A stretch of 64,000 nt of DNA from Clostridia bacterium (GCA_017428625.1 JAFRQM010000025.1:12988-76987); one strand, 5' to 3'. Positions 50,358 through 58,468 are shown, numbered from the stretch's first letter. The notes: a model not told the origin generated them from the sequence alone. Translations and numbers: made by a program.

Positions 50358-52496
50358 ATGAAAGGCAGTATGTTTATGCACAATCTCATAAGGCGCAACA
50401 CACCGCAGATTTTTCAATCGTTCATTCTTGAAAAAACCGAAAAGGAAAACGGAAAATCCGTTTATTATATTTCGCAGCGCGCGGGCAGAATAGTGCTCGG
50501 CGGCGACTGTAAAATAAGCCAGGCGATGGCTTACTACCGCTACCTCAAAGATTACTGCGGGGTGAACATATCACACGCGGGCAACACGGAGATTCCGGAA
50601 ATTACCGAAGCCCCTCTGCCCGACAGAGAGATAAAGCATATAATTGACCAGGATAAAAGGGTGTATATGAACTACTGCACCTTCGGCTACTCCTGCGCCT
50701 GGTGGGGCTGGGACGAATGGGAAAAAGAAATCGACTTTATGGCGATGAACGGCATAAATATGCCCCTTGCGGTTATCGGCACGGAGGCTGTGTGGTTTTA
50801 CACATTGCGCGAGTTCAAATACAGCGAGGACGGCGCTATGCGCTACCTGTCGGGGCCCGGTTTCTGGCCGTGGCAGCTTATGGGCAATCTGTGCGCTTAT
50901 TTTCCGCTCTCCGACAAGAAATTCATTGACGCGAGGCTTGAACTCGGTCAGAAGATAATAAACCGTCAGGTTGAACTCGGAATGACGCCGATTCTTCAGG
51001 GATTCTCAGGGATTGTGCCGAGGTCAATAGGCAAGGTTTTCAAAACAGCGAGGCTTCGTATGGTTAAGCCGTGGTGCAACTTCCCCTGCACCTGTATGCT
51101 CGACCCGCTTGACCCGCTTTTCACGAAAATCGGCACGGTTTTTCTCGAAAAACAGCGTCAGCTTCTCGGCGCGTATCACTACTACGCCTGCGACCCGTTT
51201 CACGAGAACACTCCGAACTCGAAAAAGAAAAGTTATCTTCCCGATGTGGGGAAAACAATAGATAAACTCTACAGGAATTTCGACTCGGAATCGGTCTGGG
51301 TTATGCAGTCATGGTCGCTCTATGAGGATATTGTCAGAGCTGTGCCGCAGGGAAGACTGCTTATTCTTGACATAGACGGTCAGAAAGCGGATGAAACAGA
51401 CGGTTTTTACGGCCACGCTTTTGTTACCGGCAGAATACATAATTTCGGCGACCGCAACACGCTTCACGGCAGTATGGGCAAAATTGCCGGAAACGAATAT
51501 GCTTCGGTAAAAGAAAAATACCCGAATGTATGCGGAACGGGACTTTTCCCCGAAGGCATAAGGCAGAACCCGATGCTGTTTGATCTGGCGTTTTCAATGC
51601 TGACCGAAAGCGAAAAGGCTGACATTGAGCCGTGGCTTGAAAACTACGCATTGCGCCGTTACGGCAGTAATGAAAAATGCCTTGCCGACGCGGTAAAGGC
51701 TGTTTATGAAACCGCTTATTCGCCGGAATGCACGGGGCGTGAAACGGGCTCTGTTATTTGCGCACGCCCGTCAACGCATCTGCTTCACACGGCGCCGAAC
51801 GATACGCTCACCGTGCGGTATGACAACCGCCGTTTATTTGACGCACTCGGGATGTTGTTACAGGCGGAAAAAGCGGACAAAGACGGCTATGAGTATGATG
51901 TTTGCGACATTACTCGCCAGGTGCTGAGTAATTTTGCGAACTCGCTTTACACAAAGATAATGACGGCTTACTACAGCAAGGATGTAAACACATTTGAAAG
52001 GTGCACAAACCTGTTTCTGAAGGTGCTTGAGGATATTGACGCCCTTCTGATGACTCGCAGGGAACTTACCCTCAGTTACAACCTTGAACAGGCGGGCGCC
52101 TGCGCCGTTGAGGAGAAGGAAAAACAGAATTTTGAACTTAACCTGCTTACTCAGCTTACAATCTGGGGGCCGATGATGAACCCCGTCAACTATGATTACG
52201 CCTGGAAAGAGTGGGGCGGTCTTATTGAGACTTATTACCTCAAGCGCTGGCACTCATTTTTTGAACAGCTCGCGGTTTATTTTAAAAAGCACAATTTCAA
52301 AACTGAGACAGGAAAGCAGTATTGCGAACGCAACACCTATGCCGGAAACAGTTTTTATAAAAACTATGAAAAATTTGAAAAAAACTGGCTGCAGACCGTT
52401 GACCCCGCAAGCCCTGTTGAAGAAGACACCGTTGAGTGCGCGAGAAAACTCGCGGAAAAATACGCAAAATATCTTAAAGATGATGAACTGATATAG
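50358..52496 (+). CDS. Alpha-N-acetylglucosaminidase (GH89)
   Basis: YMNYCTFGYS..WW.W.EWEKEIDFMAMNGIN, ELGMTPILQGFSG, DPFHE, GLFPEG, DYAWKEWGGLI; start could be 50370 or 50376. Confidence 0.9.
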   Translation: MKGSMFMHNLIRRNTPQIFQSFILEKTEKENGKSVYYISQRAGRIVLGGDCKISQAMAYYRYLKDYCGVNISHAGNTEIPEITEAPLPDREIKHIIDQDKRVYMNYCTFGYSCAWWGWDEWEKEIDFMAMNGINMPLAVIGTEAVWFYTLREFKYSEDGAMRYLSGPGFWPWQLMGNLCAYFPLSDKKFIDARLELGQKIINRQVELGMTPILQGFSGIVPRSIGKVFKTARLRMVKPWCNFPCTCMLDPLDPLFTKIGTVFLEKQRQLLGAYHYYACDPFHENTPNSKKKSYLPDVGKTIDKLYRNFDSESVWVMQSWSLYEDIVRAVPQGRLLILDIDGQKADETDGFYGHAFVTGRIHNFGDRNTLHGSMGKIAGNEYASVKEKYPNVCGTGLFPEGIRQNPMLFDLAFSMLTESEKADIEPWLENYALRRYGSNEKCLADAVKAVYETAYSPECTGRETGSVICARPSTHLLHTAPNDTLTVRYDNRRLFDALGMLLQAEKADKDGYEYDVCDITRQVLSNFANSLYTKIMTAYYSKDVNTFERCTNLFLKVLEDIDALLMTRRELTLSYNLEQAGACAVEEKEKQNFELNLLTQLTIWGPMMNPVNYDYAWKEWGGLIETYYLKRWHSFFEQLAVYFKKHNFKTETGKQYCERNTYAGNSFYKNYEKFEKNWLQTVDPASPVEEDTVECARKLAEKYAKYLKDDELI

Positions 52497-52510
52497 TCAG
52501 ATATATTTTT

Positions 52511-52540
52511 CACGGGGCTGTCCGGACGGACAGCCCCGTG
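52511..52540. terminator. Bidirectional terminator
   Basis: CACGGGGCTGTCC-GGAC-GGACAGCCCCGTG perfect hairpin between convergent genes. Confidence 0.8.
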
Positions 52541-52549
52541 ATTTTATTA

Positions 52550-54529
52550 TTATTCGTTGTTTTCAGTCTGTTTATTCTCTTTGAATGTCATAACGGTTTT
52601 GAAGAGGTCGCCGTCTGTAACAAGTTCAAATCTGCCTCTCTGGACTTCGGTAAAACTCTTTGCTATCGAAAGCCCCAGACCGTTGCCATCGGTTTTTCGC
52701 GACTTGTCGTTGCGTCTGAAGCGCTGAACAAGTTCTTCCTGCGTGAGGGTAATCTTATTGGCAGATGTGTTTTTAAGCGAGATTTCGACATTGCCGCCGT
52801 TTTTGCGGATGTCAATGAACACCCTTGTGTTGGGCATTGCGTAATTGCAGATATTGTTTATAAGATTCTCAAACACGCGCCAGAGCATTGTGCCGTCGCA
52901 CTCAATAAAGACAGATTCGTCGGGAACATCGAGCACCGGTGTGAGATTCTTTTCGGCAAACAGATGCAAAAACTCATCGACAATCTGCGTCAGATACAAG
53001 ACGATGTCGAGCGTCTCAAAAGAGACTTCCATTGTGCCGGTGGAAACTTTTGAAACCTCTATGAGATTTTGCAGAAGATTGTTGAGTTTTTGCGACTGGT
53101 TCTTTATGATGCCGAGGTAATTTGCAAGTTCTTCTTCATCGCATCCGCCGCTGCTGACAATATCGGAATAATTGATTATTGATGTAAGCGGTGTTTTAAG
53201 GTCGTGAGAAATATTGGCGATAAGTTCGTTTCGCATTTCGGTGCTGCGGTTTTTCTCTTCAAGCGCGTTTATCATTTCATCTTTTATGGCGATGAGGTCG
53301 TCATTGATGGCTCTGAAATCGCCGAACATTATGTGGGAGTCGGGAATGCTTCCGTAATCGCCGCTCGCAATTTTTTTACTGTTTTCACGCATGGCGTTGA
53401 GGTTGAAGGCGATAAGGAAGAAAATCGCCCCGAACACAAACAAAAAGCCCACCTGGCTGAACGCGAAGAAAAGGAAATTGAAATCCGAGAGAAGCCCCGT
53501 TTCGCAGGTTTTGAATTTATAAACAAAAAAGAAAACAATCGCAAGGTCTATGGCGAGAACAGCGCTCATCGCGATAAGGGTTTTGCCGATAAACGGTATT
53601 TTTATGTTTTCGTCCTGTTCTGTTTTTTTGCTGACCTTCTGCGCTATTCTGTATGGAACGGTATTTCTGAGCACCGAGCCGGATTTTATTCTTGAAGCGA
53701 GCGAAATGCAGAAAACGAGAAGAACAACGGACTGGAACAGTTCAAGAATCAGGATAATCGCGTTCCAGAGAACTATGTTGGTCTCTTTAATGTTCGGAAC
53801 AGAGGTCAGAAGAATGAGCGTCAGGGTGAAAGCGGTGTAGGCTATTACAATAAGCACCAGCACATCAAAAGGTATTCTGTCAACGAGGAACTGTTTTTTG
53901 GAATCCTTTGGCTTGCCGACGGAATACATCAGCCACCCGAGCAGAAACACGGCAACACAGATGAGAATAAACAGAACAATAAACACCGCGTATCTGAGGG
54001 TCATGGCAATATTGATGAGCATAAGGGCAAGGGCGTAATTGTCGTGAACCGTCATATCTTTGCGAACGCAGAGAGTTATTTTGCCCGAAACGCTGCCCGT
54101 CTCTTCAGAGAAAACATTGAACGAGCGTTTTTCTTTATAACAATAAGAGTCGGAGTCATCATAATCAAAACTCTCATCGCTGTTGAACACTACAAAGCCT
54201 GTTCTGTTTTCAAATTTAAACACTATGTTGGTGTTTTCGGCGCTGTATTTGCTGACATAATAATCATAGGTCTTTTGTTCGCCTGCCGACAGACCGTCGG
54301 GAGACTCGCTTTGGAAATGCAGTGTGAGATATCTGGAAATACTGTCATACTCCTGCTCCGATATTTTGCTCATCGCTTTCTGGGCAGGGTATGTATCCGA
54401 GTCGCTGCCGAAAAAATGGTAATCATACATAAAGTTTATTGCCAGAGCAATCGCCACGGCAATTTCGACAACGAAAATATATGTCAGCGCTACCGTTATT
54501 TTGTCGGAGAATTTTTTGAGTTTAATCAT
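52550..54529 (-). CDS. Multi-TM sensor histidine kinase
   Basis: ISHDLKTPL H-box, ENLINN, GLGLSIA. Confidence 0.92.
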   Translation of the reverse strand: MIKLKKFSDKITVALTYIFVVEIAVAIALAINFMYDYHFFGSDSDTYPAQKAMSKISEQEYDSISRYLTLHFQSESPDGLSAGEQKTYDYYVSKYSAENTNIVFKFENRTGFVVFNSDESFDYDDSDSYCYKEKRSFNVFSEETGSVSGKITLCVRKDMTVHDNYALALMLINIAMTLRYAVFIVLFILICVAVFLLGWLMYSVGKPKDSKKQFLVDRIPFDVLVLIVIAYTAFTLTLILLTSVPNIKETNIVLWNAIILILELFQSVVLLVFCISLASRIKSGSVLRNTVPYRIAQKVSKKTEQDENIKIPFIGKTLIAMSAVLAIDLAIVFFFVYKFKTCETGLLSDFNFLFFAFSQVGFLFVFGAIFFLIAFNLNAMRENSKKIASGDYGSIPDSHIMFGDFRAINDDLIAIKDEMINALEEKNRSTEMRNELIANISHDLKTPLTSIINYSDIVSSGGCDEEELANYLGIIKNQSQKLNNLLQNLIEVSKVSTGTMEVSFETLDIVLYLTQIVDEFLHLFAEKNLTPVLDVPDESVFIECDGTMLWRVFENLINNICNYAMPNTRVFIDIRKNGGNVEISLKNTSANKITLTQEELVQRFRRNDKSRKTDGNGLGLSIAKSFTEVQRGRFELVTDGDLFKTVMTFKENKQTENNE

Positions 54530-54532
54530 AGT

Positions 54533-55237
54533 TTACGCCTTTTCCATTTTATATCCGTAGCCGAAAACGGAAACAATGTATCTCGGCCGGGCGGGATATA
54601 TTTCGATTTTTTCTCTGAGATGTCTTATGTGAACGAGAACGGTGTTTTCCGCTCCGAGCGGGTCGCACTGCCAGACCTGTTTGTAGATTTCTTTAAGGGA
54701 GAACACCGTGCCGGCGTTTTCGGCAAGGAATTTAAGAATGGAATACTCGGTGGGCGTAAGGTTCACGGGTCTGCCGTCAACCGAAACCCTCTTTTTGTCG
54801 TCATCTATTACTATTGCGCCGTTTCGCAGAACATTCTCATCTTCCGGCTGAACGGAGCCGCCGTCTGTTCTACGGGCGCGGCGCAGCTGATATTCAACTC
54901 TTGCCGCAACCTCGATTTTGTTGAACGGCTTAGTGATGTAGTCATCAACGCCGAGACGGAACGCCATACGCTTGTCTTCCGCCTCGCTTTTCGCGGTTAA
55001 AAGAATAACGGGAACATCCGAAGTTTTGCGGATTTCGCAAAGCGCCTCAACGCCGTCCATCTCAGGCATCATAACATCCATAAGAATAAGGTCGATTTTG
55101 TTTTCGGCAAGTTTTTCGAGTGCCTGCCTGCCGTTGAACGCCTCAATTATATTGTATTCCCTATTGTCGGCGAGCAGATAAATTTTTAAAGCCCTGACTA
55201 TATCCTCTTCATCGTCGCATATCAGAATGTTATACAT
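54533..55237 (-). CDS. OmpR-family response regulator
   Basis: ILICDD, MDVMMP, LTAK, KPF, VHIRHLREKIE. Confidence 0.93.
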   Translation of the reverse strand: MYNILICDDEEDIVRALKIYLLADNREYNIIEAFNGRQALEKLAENKIDLILMDVMMPEMDGVEALCEIRKTSDVPVILLTAKSEAEDKRMAFRLGVDDYITKPFNKIEVAARVEYQLRRARRTDGGSVQPEDENVLRNGAIVIDDDKKRVSVDGRPVNLTPTEYSILKFLAENAGTVFSLKEIYKQVWQCDPLGAENTVLVHIRHLREKIEIYPARPRYIVSVFGYGYKMEKA

Positions 55238-55318
55238 TTAATTGCTTCCTCCGAATATTAATTATAAATAACACCTGCTGTTTTCTGTATTATAAAATAA
55301 AAATCCGTGATAAACAAT

Positions 55319-55361
55319 TGTCTTAATACAATTTGAGCGGCAATCTTAATGCAATCTTAAT
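55319..55361 (-). promoter_or_regulatory. Probable response-regulator binding direct repeats upstream of the two-component operon
   Basis: Perfect tandem GCAATCTTAAT x2 (55340-55361) plus partial GTCTTAAT, just upstream of a TTGTTT-17 bp-TATAAT promoter. Confidence 0.6.
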
Positions 55362-55487
55362 ATTTGGGAAAAAGGGCGTTTTTAGGCGAAAGGCTCACAA
55401 TTCCTTATATATCAACGGTTTTTGACGATTTGCGCCTCTATTTTTTCGCCTCTGAAACGCCCCTAAAATCCCTACTTTTGACTGCTA

Positions 55488-55509
55488 TTGCAGACAAATT
55501 GTAAACAAA
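55488..55509. repeat. Tandem 11-bp direct repeat, candidate integrase arm-type sites
   Basis: TTGCAGACAAA / TTGTAAACAAA immediately after the last prophage gene. Confidence 0.5.
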
Positions 55510-55512
55510 TTT

Positions 55513-55926
55513 TCAGTTATTTTCGAGCATTGTAACCGCCTTGCGGATGGCTTCGCGTTCTTTATCGTTTTCTGCCTCGTTCATCATTTCTTCAAGGCGC
55601 GATTTAACCTCTGCTCCGTCGCGGCTGTATCTTCTCGCATATCTGCCCATACTGTCTCTGCGGTATGAGTTGCCGTTGCTGTAATTGTCGCGTGAGTAAC
55701 CACCTTCACGGGAATAGCCGCCGTTACGGGAGTAATTATCTCTTGAATAATCACCGTTCATTGAGTAACCGCCTTCACTTTCCATAATACGGTCAATATT
55801 CTTGATTGTATGCACAATCTTATCTATTGAGTCAAGCATTCCGATTGAAAACTGGTTACCCTCTACGACATCATCAAGCTCATAGCAAAGCATATCGCGG
55901 ATTTTTTCAAGTGTTTTTTCGCTCAT
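55513..55926 (-). CDS. Prophage cassette protein with Tyr-Ser-Arg/Gly repeats
   Basis: GGAGG RBS; helical N- and C-termini flanking GYS/YSR repeats. Confidence 0.8.
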   Translation of the reverse strand: MSEKTLEKIRDMLCYELDDVVEGNQFSIGMLDSIDKIVHTIKNIDRIMESEGGYSMNGDYSRDNYSRNGGYSREGGYSRDNYSNGNSYRRDSMGRYARRYSRDGAEVKSRLEEMMNEAENDKEREAIRKAVTMLENN

Positions 55927-55940
55927 TGCGTTTCCTCCTT

Positions 55941-56375
55941 TCAAGCGACTCGCTCAATTATAATATTCGCGTTCTGAACATCAATCGGCTGTTCGGAATT
56001 GTTCTCGACGGCTATCGTATAACAACAACCTCTCGGCACTGTCACAAATATTCCGTCATAGACATTCCAAAAGTCACCGACCGCCGCAGGTGTAACAATT
56101 GAGGAACTTGTCGGGATAGGTTCGCCGTCGATAGCGAGAGCGAGGGAAATCGGCTCAACCGTTCCGCCCTCCGCAATCGCTATATTTGCCCCGAAACAAA
56201 CCTTATATCGGGCAAACTGCGAACAGCAATTATTCACGATGCCCCTTAAAGTTATAACACCTGCTCCTTCACGGTGAATGACATAGCCTCTGTTACAAGG
56301 AACTGCCGTTTCTGTGAAAAGCACATTGTTTCCTGCCGTAACCGTCTGCACGGCATTTGCTGTATATTCGGGCAT
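55941..56375 (-). CDS. Prophage cassette protein, BclA C-terminal/C1q-TNF-like beta sandwich
   Basis: All-beta pattern QTV.AG.NVLF...ISLALAIDG...NANIIIERVA; 6 Cys. Confidence 0.6.
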   Translation of the reverse strand: MPEYTANAVQTVTAGNNVLFTETAVPCNRGYVIHREGAGVITLRGIVNNCCSQFARYKVCFGANIAIAEGGTVEPISLALAIDGEPIPTSSSIVTPAAVGDFWNVYDGIFVTVPRGCCYTIAVENNSEQPIDVQNANIIIERVA

Positions 56376-56387
56376 AACTACCTCCTA

Positions 56388-57113
56388 TCAACCGCAAGTG
56401 CCACAACCGCCACAACCGCTATTGCAGCAGTTAGGGTTCTGCACTACATAGGCAGGAACGGGAGTCGGATTGAGAATTGCGGTCTGTGCATTAAGGGCAG
56501 ACTGAATAAAGCCGTTCTGTGCCGTCTGCGACTGTGCGAATTTGAGGTTTGTGTTCTGCGCAAGCAATTCAGCGTTGCGGTCTTTGAGGGCGTCAATCTC
56601 CTGCTGGCAAAGTTTGTCAAGAATTGACTGATTGCCTGCGGTGATAGCGGTGATAATATCACGGACGCCGTCATTGAGGGCACTCCTGTCGGCACAATTC
56701 TCGGTTGCAACTGTGTATTTCAGGTCGGCTATTGCCGCTCTGTTCTCACAGCAACAGTTCTGTTGTGCCATTGATATGCCGTTGAGAACCTGCATAAGGT
56801 TCGCCTGTGTGTTTGCTCTGCCGAGTTCCGCATTTGCGAAACCGCTTGTAATTGCTCCGTTAATGCCGTCAAGTTTTGAAACAACAGCGGCATTATCAAA
56901 GCCCCTCTGCATATCTGCCTGTGTTACTGCGGATGTTGTGTAGGGTGTCGCTCCGCCGCCGTCATAACCGCCGAAGCCGCCCCAACCTCTGCCCCACATA
57001 AAGAGGAACAGAACGATTATCCACCACGCACCATTTCCGCCGAAGCCGTCATTGTTATTGCCGGTTACCGCCGCAAAATCAGCAGGGGTCATTTCAGATG
57101 TTGTAAGTGACAT
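56388..57113 (-). CDS. Prophage cassette protein: leader-like N-terminus, Gly/Trp TM segment, coiled coil, Cys-rich tail
   Basis: GAAAGG RBS; GAWWIIVLFLFMWGRGWGG; QQNCCCEN; PNCCNSGCGGCGTCG. Confidence 0.82.
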   Translation of the reverse strand: MSLTTSEMTPADFAAVTGNNNDGFGGNGAWWIIVLFLFMWGRGWGGFGGYDGGGATPYTTSAVTQADMQRGFDNAAVVSKLDGINGAITSGFANAELGRANTQANLMQVLNGISMAQQNCCCENRAAIADLKYTVATENCADRSALNDGVRDIITAITAGNQSILDKLCQQEIDALKDRNAELLAQNTNLKFAQSQTAQNGFIQSALNAQTAILNPTPVPAYVVQNPNCCNSGCGGCGTCG

Positions 57114-57157
57114 AATTTGATTTCCTTTCGTTTGATCTATTTCAATTTGCAAATTGA

Positions 57158-57361
57158 CTATTTCATACAGTTCATAAACTGTCTTGCAAGCCCTTGCAGT
57201 TGATTAAACTGTGCTTGCGACATTTGTCCGGTTCTCAACAGCTCCTCAACTTTTGATTTCGGGTCGCCTCTGAACATAGACCGAAACTCATTAAAAGCTG
57301 ACATCATCTGCGAAAACTGATTGTTTTGACCGCCTAAAAGTTGAAATAAAGGATTACTCAT
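57158..57361 (-). CDS. Prophage cassette small Q/M/N-rich helical protein
   Basis: 67 aa; start overlaps the upstream stop codon. Confidence 0.75.
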   Translation of the reverse strand: MSNPLFQLLGGQNNQFSQMMSAFNEFRSMFRGDPKSKVEELLRTGQMSQAQFNQLQGLARQFMNCMK

Positions 57362-57722
57362 CTTTCATCGCCTCTTTCTTGCCTTTTTTTGCCGTAATTT
57401 CGGCAATTTTCGCGTTAAATTCCTCACGGGTAATAAAATTATCGGTGTTTATGGAAACCGCCGCATTTGCACTGTCAGGGGCGTTTTTTAGTTCCTCGTA
57501 GGTAAACACCCTTAACGGCAACGGCATTCCGCTTATATCTGCGGATTTTATGTAGAATTTTGACTCCTCCGAGTCCATAAGCAGAACACTTTTGCCGGGG
57601 TTTACAAAAAATGATTTTGCTCCACTTTCGCCCTGCACCCATACAATGCCGTTATCGGATTGCGGTGTCGCCTGAGCCGGCTGTTGAACATAAGTTTGAT
57701 AGGGATAATTGTTATACATCAT
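57354..57722 (-). CDS. Prophage cassette protein with Y/Q/P-rich N-terminus
   Basis: GGAGG RBS; YNNYPYQTYVQQP, WVQGESGAKSF, FYIKS.D..GMP, C-terminal ITREEF helix. Confidence 0.8.
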   Translation of the reverse strand: MMYNNYPYQTYVQQPAQATPQSDNGIVWVQGESGAKSFFVNPGKSVLLMDSEESKFYIKSADISGMPLPLRVFTYEELKNAPDSANAAVSINTDNFITREEFNAKIAEITAKKGKKEAMKDE

Positions 57723-58095
57723 CTTTTTTCCTCCAAAAATATATAGGTATCTCGCTTGTTGAGTCCCAAGTGTCATATACATTGCCGTTTACTACCGCTA
57801 CGGCGTGTGAAGATAATGCCAAAACATAAGTTCCTTTTGGGTAATCTTTACAGAAATCCGCTACCGTATAACAGTTCGGGCAGGAGTTCGGCACAATTTC
57901 TCTTTCAAATCCTTTACTCTGTAAATAGGCACCCCAAACCGAATTTGCGGAAGGCATATCGCAGAGTTCAAGCCCTTTTAAACACACTCCCATATATGTT
58001 TTGTCCCAAGTCTCGCCGGTCGCTTTCGAGATTGCTCTCACAACGCAATCCCCGACATTTCGCTTTTTTGGGTTTAAGTTCAGGTAGATAAACAT
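57712..58095 (-). CDS. Prophage cassette small papain-fold cysteine peptidase (putative)
   Basis: GAGGTG RBS; GDCVVRAI (Cys), HAVAV (His), YDTWDS (Asp). Confidence 0.6.
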   Translation of the reverse strand: MFIYLNLNPKKRNVGDCVVRAISKATGETWDKTYMGVCLKGLELCDMPSANSVWGAYLQSKGFEREIVPNSCPNCYTVADFCKDYPKGTYVLALSSHAVAVVNGNVYDTWDSTSEIPIYFWRKKDDV

Positions 58096-58178
58096 TTTGC
58101 ACCTCTTTGGGGACAGCCCATTCGCAGTCATAAGCTTGTTGATAATTCATTTTTTCACCTCTGTGTATAATTTTAGGC

Positions 58179-58250
58179 AAAAAAAGACCTCCCTGCGAGG
58201 TCACAGAGAGGACATTGTCAGGACAAAAAAAAGACAGGCAAAGCCCGTCT
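58179..58250 (-). promoter_or_regulatory. Two hairpin/T-run elements interleaved with four 11-bp-phased repeats
   Basis: GGTCA 58199, GGACA 58210, GGACA 58221, AGACA 58232; hairpins 58186-58202 and 58232-58250, each followed by a T run on the minus strand. Confidence 0.6.
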
Positions 58251-58451
58251 TTAACCTATGTGTCTTATTAAATTTTGCATTTGTTTGTCAACTATTCTCC
58301 GTATTTGTCGAGCCGACATATCAAACTCCTCCGCTAACGGCTCATAACAAATACCGTCAAGAACTCTGCGTTTGAGTATTGTGCGGTCTCTTTCGCTGAA
58401 TACCCATTCGTCAATTAAGTGTTCCCACTCGGAACGACTTAAACCTTTCAT
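58251..58451 (-). CDS. Small helix-turn-helix protein (sigma region-4-like)
   Basis: RDRTILKRR..DG..YE.LAEEFDMS.RQIRRIV. Confidence 0.75.
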   Translation of the reverse strand: MKGLSRSEWEHLIDEWVFSERDRTILKRRVLDGICYEPLAEEFDMSARQIRRIVDKQMQNLIRHIG

Positions 58452-58468
58452 TTTCAGCCCTCGCTTGT

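Noticed and set aside
54044-55000. 318-aa plus-strand ORF
   Set aside because: Antisense shadow of the kinase and response regulator genes.
55620-55775. Short nucleotide repeats as a possible DGR variable region or array
   Set aside because: They follow the YSR peptide repeats; no adenine-specific template pair and no reverse transcriptase in the window.
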